Positions 1 through 9,437 of a stretch of 64,000 nucleotides of DNA are shown here, one piece after another (positions within the stretch are counted from its first letter, which is position 1; every line of letters starts with the position of its first letter). Below the pieces are notes generated by a model. It did no database searches, had not been told where the DNA came from, and worked only from the letters and a program-made list of their open reading frames with translations. Source of the DNA: an uncultured virus (IMG/VR IMGVR_UViG_3300006173_000005) (lineage: Duplodnaviria; Heunggongvirae; Uroviricota; Caudoviricetes); IMG/VR virus record IMGVR_UViG_3300006173_000005; one strand, 5' to 3'. Made by a program: the position numbers and the translations under genes.

Positions 1-470
1 GCGCGTTCGTAGCCTTGTTCGATATTGGACAGACGATAGTTCGTTTCGCATAGTCTGGATTTGACTAGATATTTCAAAAAACGATTGTCGATTTTAGCGG
101 CGATATACAAAACTGTTTCTTTTGGAGCCGCATCAGTTTTGTATCGCTTGCCATCCGAGGATAACATTTTCAACTGCTTGATACTGTCTACCAATTCCTC
201 GTCCTGCTCAGGCAGACCATTATCCCCAGTCTTTACCTGTTGGGTAACAACTGATTCAGTCATACGAGAATGACGTATAACCGAACTTTCCTTAGCCAAC
301 AGTTCGTATCGATTGTCAGTCCAAAACTTGCTAAGATTTCTGATGTCCGGTCTAACGTATGCGATTACATCCACAATGGAGTAATGCGCTACACCGTCAA
401 CTATTTCGTGACGGCAAGCCGCCATTAGCTTTGCTGCTAAATCGTGTGCGGGTTGAATTTGATTATTCAT
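1..470 (-). CDS. Bro-N-like (antirepressor-type) DNA-binding protein, runs off window edge
   Basis: Not in ORF track. Manual translation from ATG at 470 gives MNNQIQP...YSIVDVIAYV...KQLKMLSSDGKRYKTDAA, a Bro-N-like motif; open to position 1. Confidence 0.7.
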   Translation of the reverse strand, partial: MNNQIQPAHDLAAKLMAACRHEIVDGVAHYSIVDVIAYVRPDIRNLSKFWTDNRYELLAKESSVIRHSRMTESVVTQQVKTGDNGLPEQDEELVDSIKQLKMLSSDGKRYKTDAAPKETVLYIAAKIDNRFLKYLVKSRLCETNYRLSNIEQGYER

Positions 471-774
471 GCTTAATATCCCTTTCATTGACTGGAAACC
501 ATATCTTCTCACCGGATGAATTGAGTAAACCCACATAGATAGGCCATGTGTAATCTTTGGCTATCGACTTGTAACCAGCGGCTTCTACGAGATAGGATAC
601 TTCTACCTCTAACGCCCCTGCAATGTCTACAATCGTTTGCCATTCGATTGGCTTGTCATGCTCAATTCTGCTAATTGTCGAGTGGTCTGTATGTTTACAC
701 CTCCGTGCTAATTCGCGCTGAGATATACCTTTAGACTTTCGTTCCTCTTCTATAACTTTGCCTATAGGTTTCAT
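463..774 (-). CDS. XRE/Cro-CI family HTH repressor
   Basis: IEEERKSKGISQRELARR...STISRIE...IAGALEV HTH_3 pattern; divergent from the operon starting at 870. Confidence 0.85.
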   Translation of the reverse strand: MKPIGKVIEEERKSKGISQRELARRCKHTDHSTISRIEHDKPIEWQTIVDIAGALEVEVSYLVEAAGYKSIAKDYTWPIYVGLLNSSGEKIWFPVNERDIKHE

Positions 775-784
775 GAATATCCTC

Positions 785-833
785 GTTGACTACGTTATAC
801 AATGTTGACAGTTTACCACAATAGAGTTATGAT
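785..833. promoter_or_regulatory. Divergent promoter/operator region (switch-like)
   Basis: + strand TTGACA(805-810)-17-TATGAT(828-833); overlapping - strand TGG-TAAACT; GTTGAC occurs twice. Confidence 0.65.
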
Positions 834-869
834 TACAAGTATCGCAAGGTTATTTGAGGAGCGTTAAAC

Positions 870-1184
870 ATGTATATGGTTCATCAAGGTGACGTTATGC
901 TCGTGAAATTGGATGACAAAGAGGAGATTGCGCCCGGTTTTAGTGTCAAGCGAGACCCAGACGGACTACTCGTATTGGCGCATGGCGAATCGGGTCATCG
1001 TCATGGAATTGCAGTGAAGTCTGCCAATCTCATTGACAATGCAGAGGGGCAATTCTTGATCGTCAAGACGATTACTCCACTTACCCACGAAGAACACGAG
1101 ACGATCACTTTAGAGCCGGGACGTTACGGAGTGTTCATACAACACTCTTACGAACGCAAGCAAATTCAGCGTGTAATCGACTAA
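870..1184 (+). CDS. Conserved small phage protein (QGDV/HEEH family), usual partner of DUF6745
   Basis: HQGDV...LAHGESGHRH...LTHEEHETITLEPGRY motif; RBS GAGGAG. Confidence 0.7.
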   Translation: MYMVHQGDVMLVKLDDKEEIAPGFSVKRDPDGLLVLAHGESGHRHGIAVKSANLIDNAEGQFLIVKTITPLTHEEHETITLEPGRYGVFIQHSYERKQIQRVID

Positions 1185-1242
1185 TCGCGTAGCCTTGTGC
1201 GTAGGTGGTTAAACGCTCAATATTTATTTACCTAAATCGAAA

Positions 1243-2274
1243 GTGGAATGTATGAATAACAAATTGACCTACGAGGGATTACTGGCGCGATATAAAGAAG
1301 CATTGCTTTGTAAGCAAAATCCAAATGATGAAATCATTCAAGTCAAATTAACTGAATGGTTGTCGAACATGGGATTAAATTACAAAGTTGTAAAATTTAC
1401 CCTTGCCCGTGACCTTGACCGTGACCTTGCCCGTGCCCGTGACCTTGCCCTTGACCTTGCCCGTGCCCGTGACCTTGCCCGTGACGTTGCCGTTGCCCGT
1501 GACCTTGACCGTGACCTTGCCCGTGCCCGTGACGTTGCCGTTGCCCGTGACCTTGCCCGTAACCTTGCCCGTGTCCTTGCCCGTGACCTTGTTTATTGGG
1601 CGATGACTGTATTTTATTGGGCCGATGTATCTGTGTTAACCGTTGGTATTGACGATAAATTATGCCATAAATGGTTGCCGTTATTAGAAGCGATGGAGGC
1701 TGGTTGCTATCGCATGTACTTCACTGATACCGAACTCGTCTATATTGAATGTCCATCTATTGAAATGGACGACAATGGTTCGTTGCATAGCGATAGCAAG
1801 CCTGCTGTTAAATGGGTTCTAGATATTCAGTGGTATTTCTGGCATGGATTGCGCGTAGACAAGCGTATCATTATGAACCCAGAGACCATAACCGTCGCTG
1901 AAATAGAGAGCCAGAATAATGCAGAGATTCGACGTGTGCTTGTTCAGCGCTATGGATATGCGCGATACATTCAAGATAGTGGCGCTGTGCTTGTACATGA
2001 AGATTGGTCGGGGAAATTGTGGCGCAAAGATGAGCCTGACGACGAGCCAATTTATATGATTGAGCTTGATAATCACACTGTCGAATTGGATGGAACGCGC
2101 AAGAAATATTTCATCGGCATTGACCCATATTGCTATGGTGGCAACGAAGATAATGGCATCATTGGCGATGCGGGGAAAATAGCTCATGCGGCGTTAGCGA
2201 GTACATATCGTGGATCGCGCGGTCAATTAGTTTTTGTCGATTGGCGTGTAGTCAATTGGGCGCAAGCCAGTTAG
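1243..2274 (+). CDS. DUF6745-like protein with internal (L/R/V)(A/D) repeat
   Basis: LHSDSKPAVKW...YFWHGLRV...NAEIRRV signature; low-complexity LARD tract. Confidence 0.7.
   Translation: MECMNNKLTYEGLLARYKEALLCKQNPNDEIIQVKLTEWLSNMGLNYKVVKFTLARDLDRDLARARDLALDLARARDLARDVAVARDLDRDLARARDVAVARDLARNLARVLARDLVYWAMTVFYWADVSVLTVGIDDKLCHKWLPLLEAMEAGCYRMYFTDTELVYIECPSIEMDDNGSLHSDSKPAVKWVLDIQWYFWHGLRVDKRIIMNPETITVAEIESQNNAEIRRVLVQRYGYARYIQDSGAVLVHEDWSGKLWRKDEPDDEPIYMIELDNHTVELDGTRKKYFIGIDPYCYGGNEDNGIIGDAGKIAHAALASTYRGSRGQLVFVDWRVVNWAQAS
1402..1590 (+). repeat. In-frame tandem repeat (CTTGCCCGTGAC-like units)
   Basis: 189 nt built almost only from CTT/CGT/GTT alternating with GCC/GAC. Confidence 0.95.
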
Positions 2275-2304
2275 TTCGCGGTAATCAGCAAAGGAGTAGC
2301 AATC

Positions 2305-2613
2305 GTGGATGCTGGATACGAATCATTTAAGGAGACGGTGAGACAGTGGTCATCTCGTGGGCCGACCTATCGTTTCGTGAACGAGGGAACGGAATACGAG
2401 GCGATCATTGTGGTACATGGTAACGGTTCTCAATTCGGAGGATTTGTCACATTCAAAGATGTGCGATTTAGCCCTGTCGTGCCCGATACGTTTGGGATGC
2501 AGTATAAGCACGTTGTTGGCGATTTTTATACCCAATCCGGTTGCTTGAAACGTGCGGAACAAGTGTACGAAATGCTAGTCGGAATATTTAAGTCATTGCA
2601 AGTAAAGGAGTAG
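2305..2613 (+). CDS. Hypothetical protein, paralog of 4716-5030
   Basis: RBS AAGGAG; shares GTEYEA, GFxxFKDxRxSP and EMxVxxFKxLQ with 4716-5030. Confidence 0.7.
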   Translation: MDAGYESFKETVRQWSSRGPTYRFVNEGTEYEAIIVVHGNGSQFGGFVTFKDVRFSPVVPDTFGMQYKHVVGDFYTQSGCLKRAEQVYEMLVGIFKSLQVKE

Positions 2614-2620
2614 TCATATC

Positions 2621-3727
2621 ATGTCGGAAATCGTAATTAGTACCGATTTGGGTAACGGGGGAGATAGTACTGTTTCCAACGTCGGGAAGTATAAGTTCGA
2701 CAATCCACTTTCGTTTGAGCCTATCATGGCTCCACGTACTCACGCACGAGATGTATCCGAAAAGCAATCGCATCCTACCTTGACACTTCTCAAGGGAGAT
2801 CAGGTGATGGTCTTTGGGGCGGATGACGTGTTTAAGTTCGGCAATCGCAAGTTGCGCAGACGAGCGGCGAACGAACAGCGCTATGGTAGCAGTGACTACT
2901 ACGACCTACTGGCTGTATCGTTGCTACAAGTGCTTCACAACTATCGCGGCAAGGAGACAGTTTCACCACGCATCATTATCAGTATGCCCATTGATCAGTT
3001 CAACAAGGAGCATATGGTCAAGGAGATTAAAGCGGGTGTAGCCAATATGAAGCATATTGTTGGCGAGGACGGTTGCGTTCTCAATTTATCCATTGACCCT
3101 AAGCAAGTGCTTGTGGTTCCTGAGAGTTTAGGCACTGCAATCTACTACGCCTACCAGAAAAACCTGAACCCGCAAAAGGGAACATCGCTCTCTGGCGTGA
3201 CGATGGTAGCGGATATTGGTCTACTCACTTGCAACATTTCCCGATTTGAGAATGGAGCGTATGTTCCTGAGAGCAGTTTAACTGTTGGTCGTGGTGGGTT
3301 TAATACAGTGGTATATGCCATTATCAATTGGTTAAAAGAATCGGGATATACCAATCCAGACTTTACGCTAATTGACGTTGGACTGCGTAGTGTTTGCGAT
3401 AAACCGTTTGGTTCACCGAAGGTTATTGACATTGGCGGTGGCAATCGAGTGGACGTTCAACCTGCCTATGATCCTGCTATTCAGCAGTTAACGATGGCTA
3501 TCAATGATGCACTTGGTAACGCTGCGCCCGATACGGTCAATCGCGTTTTGATTACAGGCGGCACGTCTTACCACATAGGACGCTATCTCAAGGAGTACGT
3601 TGACGTTTATTCCAATGGGATACTCGTCAAAAATCCTGCCATTGCTAATGTGTGTGGGGCATATCTTTTCTATTGGCAGATGTTGGCTCGTAAGTCTATT
3701 TTCCAATCAGATGGCGATGATGAATAG
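2621..3727 (+). CDS. parM: ParM/StbA-family actin-like ATPase
   Basis: DLGNGG (phosphate 1), VVPESLG (connect 1), VADIG (phosphate 2), VLITGG (adenosine), ANVCG (connect 2). Confidence 0.85.
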   Translation: MSEIVISTDLGNGGDSTVSNVGKYKFDNPLSFEPIMAPRTHARDVSEKQSHPTLTLLKGDQVMVFGADDVFKFGNRKLRRRAANEQRYGSSDYYDLLAVSLLQVLHNYRGKETVSPRIIISMPIDQFNKEHMVKEIKAGVANMKHIVGEDGCVLNLSIDPKQVLVVPESLGTAIYYAYQKNLNPQKGTSLSGVTMVADIGLLTCNISRFENGAYVPESSLTVGRGGFNTVVYAIINWLKESGYTNPDFTLIDVGLRSVCDKPFGSPKVIDIGGGNRVDVQPAYDPAIQQLTMAINDALGNAAPDTVNRVLITGGTSYHIGRYLKEYVDVYSNGILVKNPAIANVCGAYLFYWQMLARKSIFQSDGDDE

Positions 3728-3787
3728 ATGCTTGTCCTATGGACTAGAGTGTCCGTAGGACTGGCTTGTCACTAAAGGACAGAGCTT

Positions 3788-4150
3788 ATGTCACGTCCAA
3801 AGTTAGAGCTTAAGTTAGGAGATAAGCCTATCGCACACGAAGCGAAGTCTATTGTTGATGCGTGGATTTTACTCAAGAAGATGAGCGAACATTTACCAAA
3901 AGCTATCTGTCTTTATCAGATGCTAGTGGCTGGTGAGTATGACAAATTCATGGATGCGCTCATTAGTTGGCAACCAGACGCCTATAGGTACTTCAATAGG
4001 CGCACAGGTGTAATTGAGCAACCTGTAAGCAGAATGGCGATTACAGAAACACCTAAGCCTATCGCTAAAGCGGTAGTAAAGGTAGAAGAGTTGAGCAGTG
4101 CGCAAATCGCCAATAACATGGCGAGTTCACTTGGAATAGACGATTTTTAG
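3788..4150 (+). CDS. Putative ParR-like RHH adaptor
   Basis: Directly downstream of parM; strand-helix-helix N-terminus, disordered linker, amphipathic acidic C-tail (NMASSLGIDDF). Confidence 0.5.
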   Translation: MSRPKLELKLGDKPIAHEAKSIVDAWILLKKMSEHLPKAICLYQMLVAGEYDKFMDALISWQPDAYRYFNRRTGVIEQPVSRMAITETPKPIAKAVVKVEELSSAQIANNMASSLGIDDF

Positions 4151-4162
4151 CAGGAGGATACT

Positions 4163-4711
4163 ATGCCAACCAATTTAACTGTTGACCTTGATGATATTGC
4201 ACTTAGGATGCGCGGATTGCTGGATACATGCAATGTCCATGTATGGGCAATTGGCAATCCAGAATCTATCAATAAAATGGACTATCGCCTCGGTGTAACC
4301 ACTGCGATTGAAGTTCATGCGATGACTGAACTTGTGTTAGATAATCTGCGACCTTCCGATGTTGATAACCGTGAACGATTTATGGCGCTCAACCAAGAGG
4401 CTAATCGGTTAACGAAACTCTTCTGGAAGCAGTACAACATCTCACTCAAAGGTACATCGCCAGCACCGCAACCAGTGGCAGTAGCGCCTAAAGTAGAACC
4501 GCGTCCTGTACGGAAAAATGAAGAACCGCAGCAAGAAGTTTCGTTTGCGCGTTTGCCACCAGAGACCGTGAAGTTGTTACACGAACTGTTCGATGTGGTA
4601 GGCACAAGCGCCTCCACCAAAGATATTGAAGAAATTGCTCGTGAGGCTAACGTGAAATTCAAAACTGCTTCGACAAGATACTACCGATGGCGCAATAATC
4701 AGAAGGGATAG
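4163..4711 (+). CDS. Hypothetical protein with possible C-terminal HTH
   Basis: RBS AGGAGG; IEEIAREANVKFKTASTRYYRW. Confidence 0.6.
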   Translation: MPTNLTVDLDDIALRMRGLLDTCNVHVWAIGNPESINKMDYRLGVTTAIEVHAMTELVLDNLRPSDVDNRERFMALNQEANRLTKLFWKQYNISLKGTSPAPQPVAVAPKVEPRPVRKNEEPQQEVSFARLPPETVKLLHELFDVVGTSASTKDIEEIAREANVKFKTASTRYYRWRNNQKG

Positions 4712-4715
4712 GTGA

Positions 4716-5030
4716 ATGCAAACGCTATATCAAAAGTTGCTTGAAGGTGTCGATAAGCCATTTGAATCTGATGAACATCACGAACTGCTAGGTGCTGGTA
4801 CTGAATATGAGGCGGTATCGCGCACGTTCTATAGCGAACATTCAGAGCGATGGGAAGGTTTTATCGTATTCAAGGACAATCGGTACAGTCCGCCTGACCC
4901 TGATGCGCCAATGATTGAACAGCGCTGGGATTGTCCCGGTGGCGGTAATGGTGTACTCGCAGAGGTGCGCAATCGAAACCATTGGGAGATGATGGTAAAA
5001 ATGTTCAAGGATTTGCAAGGACAAAGCTAG
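4716..5030 (+). CDS. Hypothetical protein, paralog of 2305-2613
   Basis: Motifs shared with 2305-2613. Confidence 0.7.
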   Translation: MQTLYQKLLEGVDKPFESDEHHELLGAGTEYEAVSRTFYSEHSERWEGFIVFKDNRYSPPDPDAPMIEQRWDCPGGGNGVLAEVRNRNHWEMMVKMFKDLQGQS

Positions 5031-5073
5031 TTCGTTATGTGAGATAACCCACTTTAGATGAGAGGTAATTCAG

Positions 5074-5319
5074 ATGGAAAACTTTGGAATGAAGGTTGTG
5101 TTAGCGGTTCTATTTATCGTAATTGTCATTGTTTTGTTTATTGTTGGCGCTTGGGCTGTTAGCCTGTTGTTGTGGTGGGTAGTGCCCGATGTGTTTTCTG
5201 GTGCGGTAGACAAGGGGATATTGCCAGCCACGATTACGCTTGTCCAAGCATTCAAGATGAGTTTGCTGTTAGGGATATTGGGATTAACGAGCGCCGCAAA
5301 TTCGTCTAGTAAAAAATAA
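5074..5319 (+). CDS. Small two-TM membrane protein
   Basis: Two hydrophobic stretches, RBS GAGG. Confidence 0.65.
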   Translation: MENFGMKVVLAVLFIVIVIVLFIVGAWAVSLLLWWVVPDVFSGAVDKGILPATITLVQAFKMSLLLGILGLTSAANSSSKK

Positions 5320-5347
5320 GCGTTTCGACAACTAAATAACACATTGG

Positions 5348-5376
5348 AACCCCGTGATGAGCGGGGTTCATTTTTG
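5348..5376. terminator. Terminator between convergent operons
   Basis: AACCCCG...CGGGGTT hairpin followed by CATTTTTG. Confidence 0.7.
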
Positions 5377-5389
5377 TCGTCGCCAATGG

Positions 5390-7963
5390 TTACAACTTAT
5401 CAGCAAGTACACAGCTATCGAACGTTGACTTAATCGGGTTCTTTGGCTGCTGTGCGTTATTGACAATCCCTGCTCTATCCATATTATCGCTCCACGCAAA
5501 CCACTGTACTTGAGTTCCAGTAGCCTTTGCCCAATTGAATATGGCTTGCATGTAATTGGCGATGATAGGCCATAGCGACGTATCATTGACATCTACCCTT
5601 GCAACGCCGATCTCGGTTATCCATACTGGTTTACCGAAACGATTAACAAATGCTTGTGTGTTGCTTGCTATTGTCTGGGGCCAACCAAATGCGGTTCCGC
5701 CCGGCGCATTTTGTCCGTAGGGATGATAACCAATCGCATCAGCACTGATTACCCCATTGGCATCTCTGACCTGTGTCATATACCCGAGTGGATCAGGGCC
5801 AGCGAGACCACCTGTGACAACCTTAGCGTCAGGGTCCACTGCTTTGATGGCATTGTATGCAGCAGTGAGTAGCTTGCTGTACGTAGCAGGCGGGATATAG
5901 ATAGACGTAGGTTGACCTGCTATATCCCCCTCGTTCCAGATTTCGTAGGCGTCGATAAGCCCCTTGAAAGCAGTGACGACCTGTGTACAGGCACTAGCAA
6001 ACCCTGTGATATAAGCATCCCAATTACCATTGTCCCAAGGGCCATTACCCCAATAGAGACTTTGGCACAGGATAGCGTTCGACTTAATGCCATTGGCATT
6101 GTAGGACTGCACCAGTGGCTTGTAAAAGTCAATCGCTTGTTGGATGGTGCCAGCGTATTTATTGTCAATTACATTACTAAGTACCCAACGAACATGACCA
6201 ACGCCCGTAAGTGTTTGGGCAGAAGGATTACCTGTAGGGTCTTTCTGGTTGATGTTAATGCCCCAAATCTTTTCCTTTACGGTTGGCTTAGGATTAGGCG
6301 GCGTTATAGGCGCTGTTGGATTACCCAAATAGACCATTGGAACGGTTGGGTTATCGAACGCTATCCAGTTACCTACATAGGTTCCCTCAGTGATTATCAC
6401 GAACCGTGCGCCGCTTCTGGCATCAGTGCGTTTGTCGTCAAGGTTGACTGTAACATTTGTGCCTACTGATACGGTTTTGACGATGCTGGCAATTGTCGTT
6501 GGATTAGTGCGGATATTCATCACTGCTAGGGTAACTTGTGGCGTACCCGTAGTGGATGTTGGCGGTTTGACTGTTGGTGGTAATGTCGTTAGGCGTGTAT
6601 AAGACGGATCAGCACTGACGAAATAGGTCGTTCCTGTTTCGTCGTACCAACCCGGTGTAGACTGAGGATTGTTGACCTGTATTACCCATCCTACAGGGAA
6701 AGGTAGGGGTTTAGTTGCGGTTCCTGCGCCGGGAGCGAGGGCGTAACCTGTGCCGGGGCCTTTGCGCTCGTTCAGTCCACCTTGTGCAATAACTTCTCTG
6801 TTCTGTGTACTGCCCATATTAGGCTCTATTCCTATCTGAGTTGGGTCAACGATGGCAATTGGGCCACCACTGCCTACGTTCATAAATGCGTCAAACTGCG
6901 CATAGGCGACTGCGCGAATACCAAGAAGAGGATCCATCACCCAGATGCGTCTATTGCTTGCGCCGATAGCGCATATGCAGTGATTGACGCCGGGACTGTC
7001 GGGGAATGAGCCCTCCCATCCAATGGCCATCACGGGTAGACCATAGATAAGCAATTGGTCGAGTACATCCTGTAGGGTAGCCCTGTCCTTTTGAATAAGA
7101 TATGCGCCATGATTAGCAGCAAGGGCGATACCTTGCTCTATGGTTAGCCCGTTGTCGTTGGTCATCAGCGTGGTTTCTCGTGTCCAACTGTCGATGGTAG
7201 CATTTGGAACAGAGATACCACCCTTCGCCATAATGAACTTCCACATCCACTGACTAGCGGCGACAACGCAATCATCTACACGCAGATACGCACCGGGTGC
7301 ATTCTGTAGGTTAGCCGGGATAGATGGCTCAACCATGATAGGTGTAGTTTCGGGTACAACTGCACTTTTGGCAGTCCAGTAACTTACTAGTCCATCATAA
7401 GTTCCCTGCCACCAATCGTTGTCAAGATTAGAGCCACCTGTAACAGATGACCCATTTTGCCAGAACGTTACAGGCTTCGCACCAGTTAACCAGGGTTCAC
7501 AAGCTGGCGGGAAACTGGTAGCACTGTAATCAGCAAGCCACAAATCGCACATCGCTAGGATGGCATTCTTAGTTCCACCAATAGCTTGGATGTAGTACTT
7601 GCTGGTATAGATGGCAGGGTATAGACCTGTTCTACCGTATATTTCAGCAATAGCAGCAAGTAGTTGCGATAGGGTTACGTTAGCTTCTACATCAAGATTG
7701 TAAGGGCCATTCGGGACAGCGTTGAGATAAGCATCAGCTTGCTTTGTGCCGTCCATGTAATCCATGAACCAGTAACTAGCGAATAGGATATTGGCGGCTT
7801 TCATGGTCGCTTGAGTGCTGGCAAAATTAGCATCAAGGGTTAGCCCTTGTCCCGCTTTGCTGATAACGAATTTGATGTTATTGGCGGTGAGTACAGAAGG
7901 GGGTGGTACTACGTTCCAATGGGAGGTATCAATACCGTGTACATAACTATCGAAAGGTTGCAT
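5390..7963 (-). CDS. Modular endolysin: GH25 muramidase + C39-like peptidase + 2 SH3b + clan GH-A glycoside hydrolase
   Basis: GIDTSHWN/LDVE/IYTS/LWLADY (GH25); DDCVVA..NHCIC..VMDPL (C39-like); LNERKGPGT, MNIRTNPT (SH3b); YEIWNE, DAIGYHPY, KPVWITEIG (GH-A). Confidence 0.85.
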   Translation of the reverse strand: MQPFDSYVHGIDTSHWNVVPPPSVLTANNIKFVISKAGQGLTLDANFASTQATMKAANILFASYWFMDYMDGTKQADAYLNAVPNGPYNLDVEANVTLSQLLAAIAEIYGRTGLYPAIYTSKYYIQAIGGTKNAILAMCDLWLADYSATSFPPACEPWLTGAKPVTFWQNGSSVTGGSNLDNDWWQGTYDGLVSYWTAKSAVVPETTPIMVEPSIPANLQNAPGAYLRVDDCVVAASQWMWKFIMAKGGISVPNATIDSWTRETTLMTNDNGLTIEQGIALAANHGAYLIQKDRATLQDVLDQLLIYGLPVMAIGWEGSFPDSPGVNHCICAIGASNRRIWVMDPLLGIRAVAYAQFDAFMNVGSGGPIAIVDPTQIGIEPNMGSTQNREVIAQGGLNERKGPGTGYALAPGAGTATKPLPFPVGWVIQVNNPQSTPGWYDETGTTYFVSADPSYTRLTTLPPTVKPPTSTTGTPQVTLAVMNIRTNPTTIASIVKTVSVGTNVTVNLDDKRTDARSGARFVIITEGTYVGNWIAFDNPTVPMVYLGNPTAPITPPNPKPTVKEKIWGININQKDPTGNPSAQTLTGVGHVRWVLSNVIDNKYAGTIQQAIDFYKPLVQSYNANGIKSNAILCQSLYWGNGPWDNGNWDAYITGFASACTQVVTAFKGLIDAYEIWNEGDIAGQPTSIYIPPATYSKLLTAAYNAIKAVDPDAKVVTGGLAGPDPLGYMTQVRDANGVISADAIGYHPYGQNAPGGTAFGWPQTIASNTQAFVNRFGKPVWITEIGVARVDVNDTSLWPIIANYMQAIFNWAKATGTQVQWFAWSDNMDRAGIVNNAQQPKNPIKSTFDSCVLADKL

Positions 7964-8008
7964 AAATCGTCACTCCGTTTATGTACAGTGTAGCACAGAT
8001 TGGATAAC

Positions 8009-8037
8009 AAAGGGTATCCATCAAACGGACACCCTTT
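8009..8037. terminator. Hairpin terminator upstream of lysin promoter
   Basis: AAAGGGTATCC...GGACACCCTTT. Confidence 0.55.
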
Positions 8038-8155
8038 ACTATGCAACATCATTTGAAATAATGTCATCAGGGTGTGGTGTTTTTACCCCAACCTATGATA
8101 TAATAAGCGAAAGCCTCTCAATCAAGAGAGGCTACCAAGAAAGGTTAGGACTTTC

Positions 8156-8851
8156 ATGGATAATTCAATTGTACCATTTCCTCATAATTCACCGATGTTT
8201 AATTTCAATGGTTTTGATATACGAACGCATATCAAAGATGATGAAACTTGGTTTTGCGCCGCTGATGTTTGCGCAGCTGTAAGTATCTCGGATACCAAAC
8301 AGGCCGTGTCTCGTTTAGACGATGATGAAAGGGGGGGGTATCCTATACTTACAGGGGGGGGTATACAAATCATGACTTGTGTCAATGAGCCAGGATTGTA
8401 TGCGTTACTTGGCAATAGTCGAAAAGAAGCCGCGAAAGTATTTAAGCGTTGGATCAATCATGAGGTTTTACCAGCTATCCGTAAGACTGGAACGTATTCG
8501 CTGTCAACAAATCCACCATCCTCATTAGACATTGCCGAGAATATGATAAAAACACTACGCGCTCATGAAGATTGGATGAAACGAACGGATGCTCGTTTAG
8601 ATACATCTGAGGAAAAACAGGCTTACTTCACAATTTTTGGATACGCGAATTACATTGGTCGCCATCTTGACAATAGTACGGCGTCCCAGCTCGGTAAACA
8701 ATGCACCAAGCTATCGTTACATGAAAATATCCATATTGGTAGTGCAAAAGACCCGAAATACGGTCAGATAAAAACGTACCATGAAAGCATTCTAAAGCGC
8801 GTGTTCGATGTGTGGTATTCACAACCACCATTGATTGTTGATGGGTTATAA
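8156..8851 (+). CDS. Bro-N antirepressor-like protein
   Basis: WFCAADVC...VNEPGLYALLGNSRKEAAKVFKRWINHEVLPAIRKTGTY. Confidence 0.9.
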   Translation: MDNSIVPFPHNSPMFNFNGFDIRTHIKDDETWFCAADVCAAVSISDTKQAVSRLDDDERGGYPILTGGGIQIMTCVNEPGLYALLGNSRKEAAKVFKRWINHEVLPAIRKTGTYSLSTNPPSSLDIAENMIKTLRAHEDWMKRTDARLDTSEEKQAYFTIFGYANYIGRHLDNSTASQLGKQCTKLSLHENIHIGSAKDPKYGQIKTYHESILKRVFDVWYSQPPLIVDGL

Positions 8852-8853
8852 CC

Positions 8854-9138
8854 ATGAACCAAGACGAGCAAATTCGTTGGCTGATGTTGCGGGCTGCAAA
8901 ATACCAACAGGGAATGGAGGTTATCGATCTGATTGCCGAAAAGGTTGATAAAGGGATAGGTGCATCAACCGACGATATTATTGAATTAATTATGCTTGCC
9001 GTGATCGGAATGACCGATGTCGAATTTGATTCAATTAACTTTGGCTGGGTTATTCACGATGATCCAATACTGCGAGATATGTTTGATCATCACCGCAGAA
9101 GATTTGCATTACCTAAAGGTAAAGGCGATGTACAATGA
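8854..9138 (+). CDS. Hypothetical protein
   Basis: Tightly packed between Bro and XRE genes. Confidence 0.6.
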   Translation: MNQDEQIRWLMLRAAKYQQGMEVIDLIAEKVDKGIGASTDDIIELIMLAVIGMTDVEFDSINFGWVIHDDPILRDMFDHHRRRFALPKGKGDVQ

Positions 9139-9437
9139 CACAGATTAGCACCTATCTACGCACTATCCGCAATGAGCGAGGATGGTCACTTAGTGAACTA
9201 AGCGCTAGGGCTGGTGGACTAGCAAAGGGTTATCTATCTGAACTAGAACATGGTCGCAGCGACCCATCACTAGAGACATTGTGCAAGTTAGCTGATGCTT
9301 ATGACGTAGGGGCTGGCGACTTGCTTGTGATGGCAGGGTATACTAAGCATCCTGTCGTGATACCAGAGACGATTAAGTTTACGGTAACAGTGACACCGAT
9401 GGGCGGTGTAGTGGCGGAGAGGGTTACGAAAGCGTGA
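9135..9437 (+). CDS. XRE-family HTH protein
   Basis: LRTIRNERGWSLSELS...YLSELEHGRSDPSLETLCKLADAY. Confidence 0.9.
   Translation: MTQISTYLRTIRNERGWSLSELSARAGGLAKGYLSELEHGRSDPSLETLCKLADAYDVGAGDLLVMAGYTKHPVVIPETIKFTVTVTPMGGVVAERVTKA

Noticed and set aside
1402..1590. CRISPR array or DGR variable region
   Set aside because: No unique spacers; no cas or reverse transcriptase gene; no template repeat noticed
1403..1606. VTLP-repeat ORF
   Set aside because: Alternative frame of the tandem repeat; no RBS
8040..8075. CTGATGA hammerhead core on minus strand
   Set aside because: No GAAA after the stem and no closing stems
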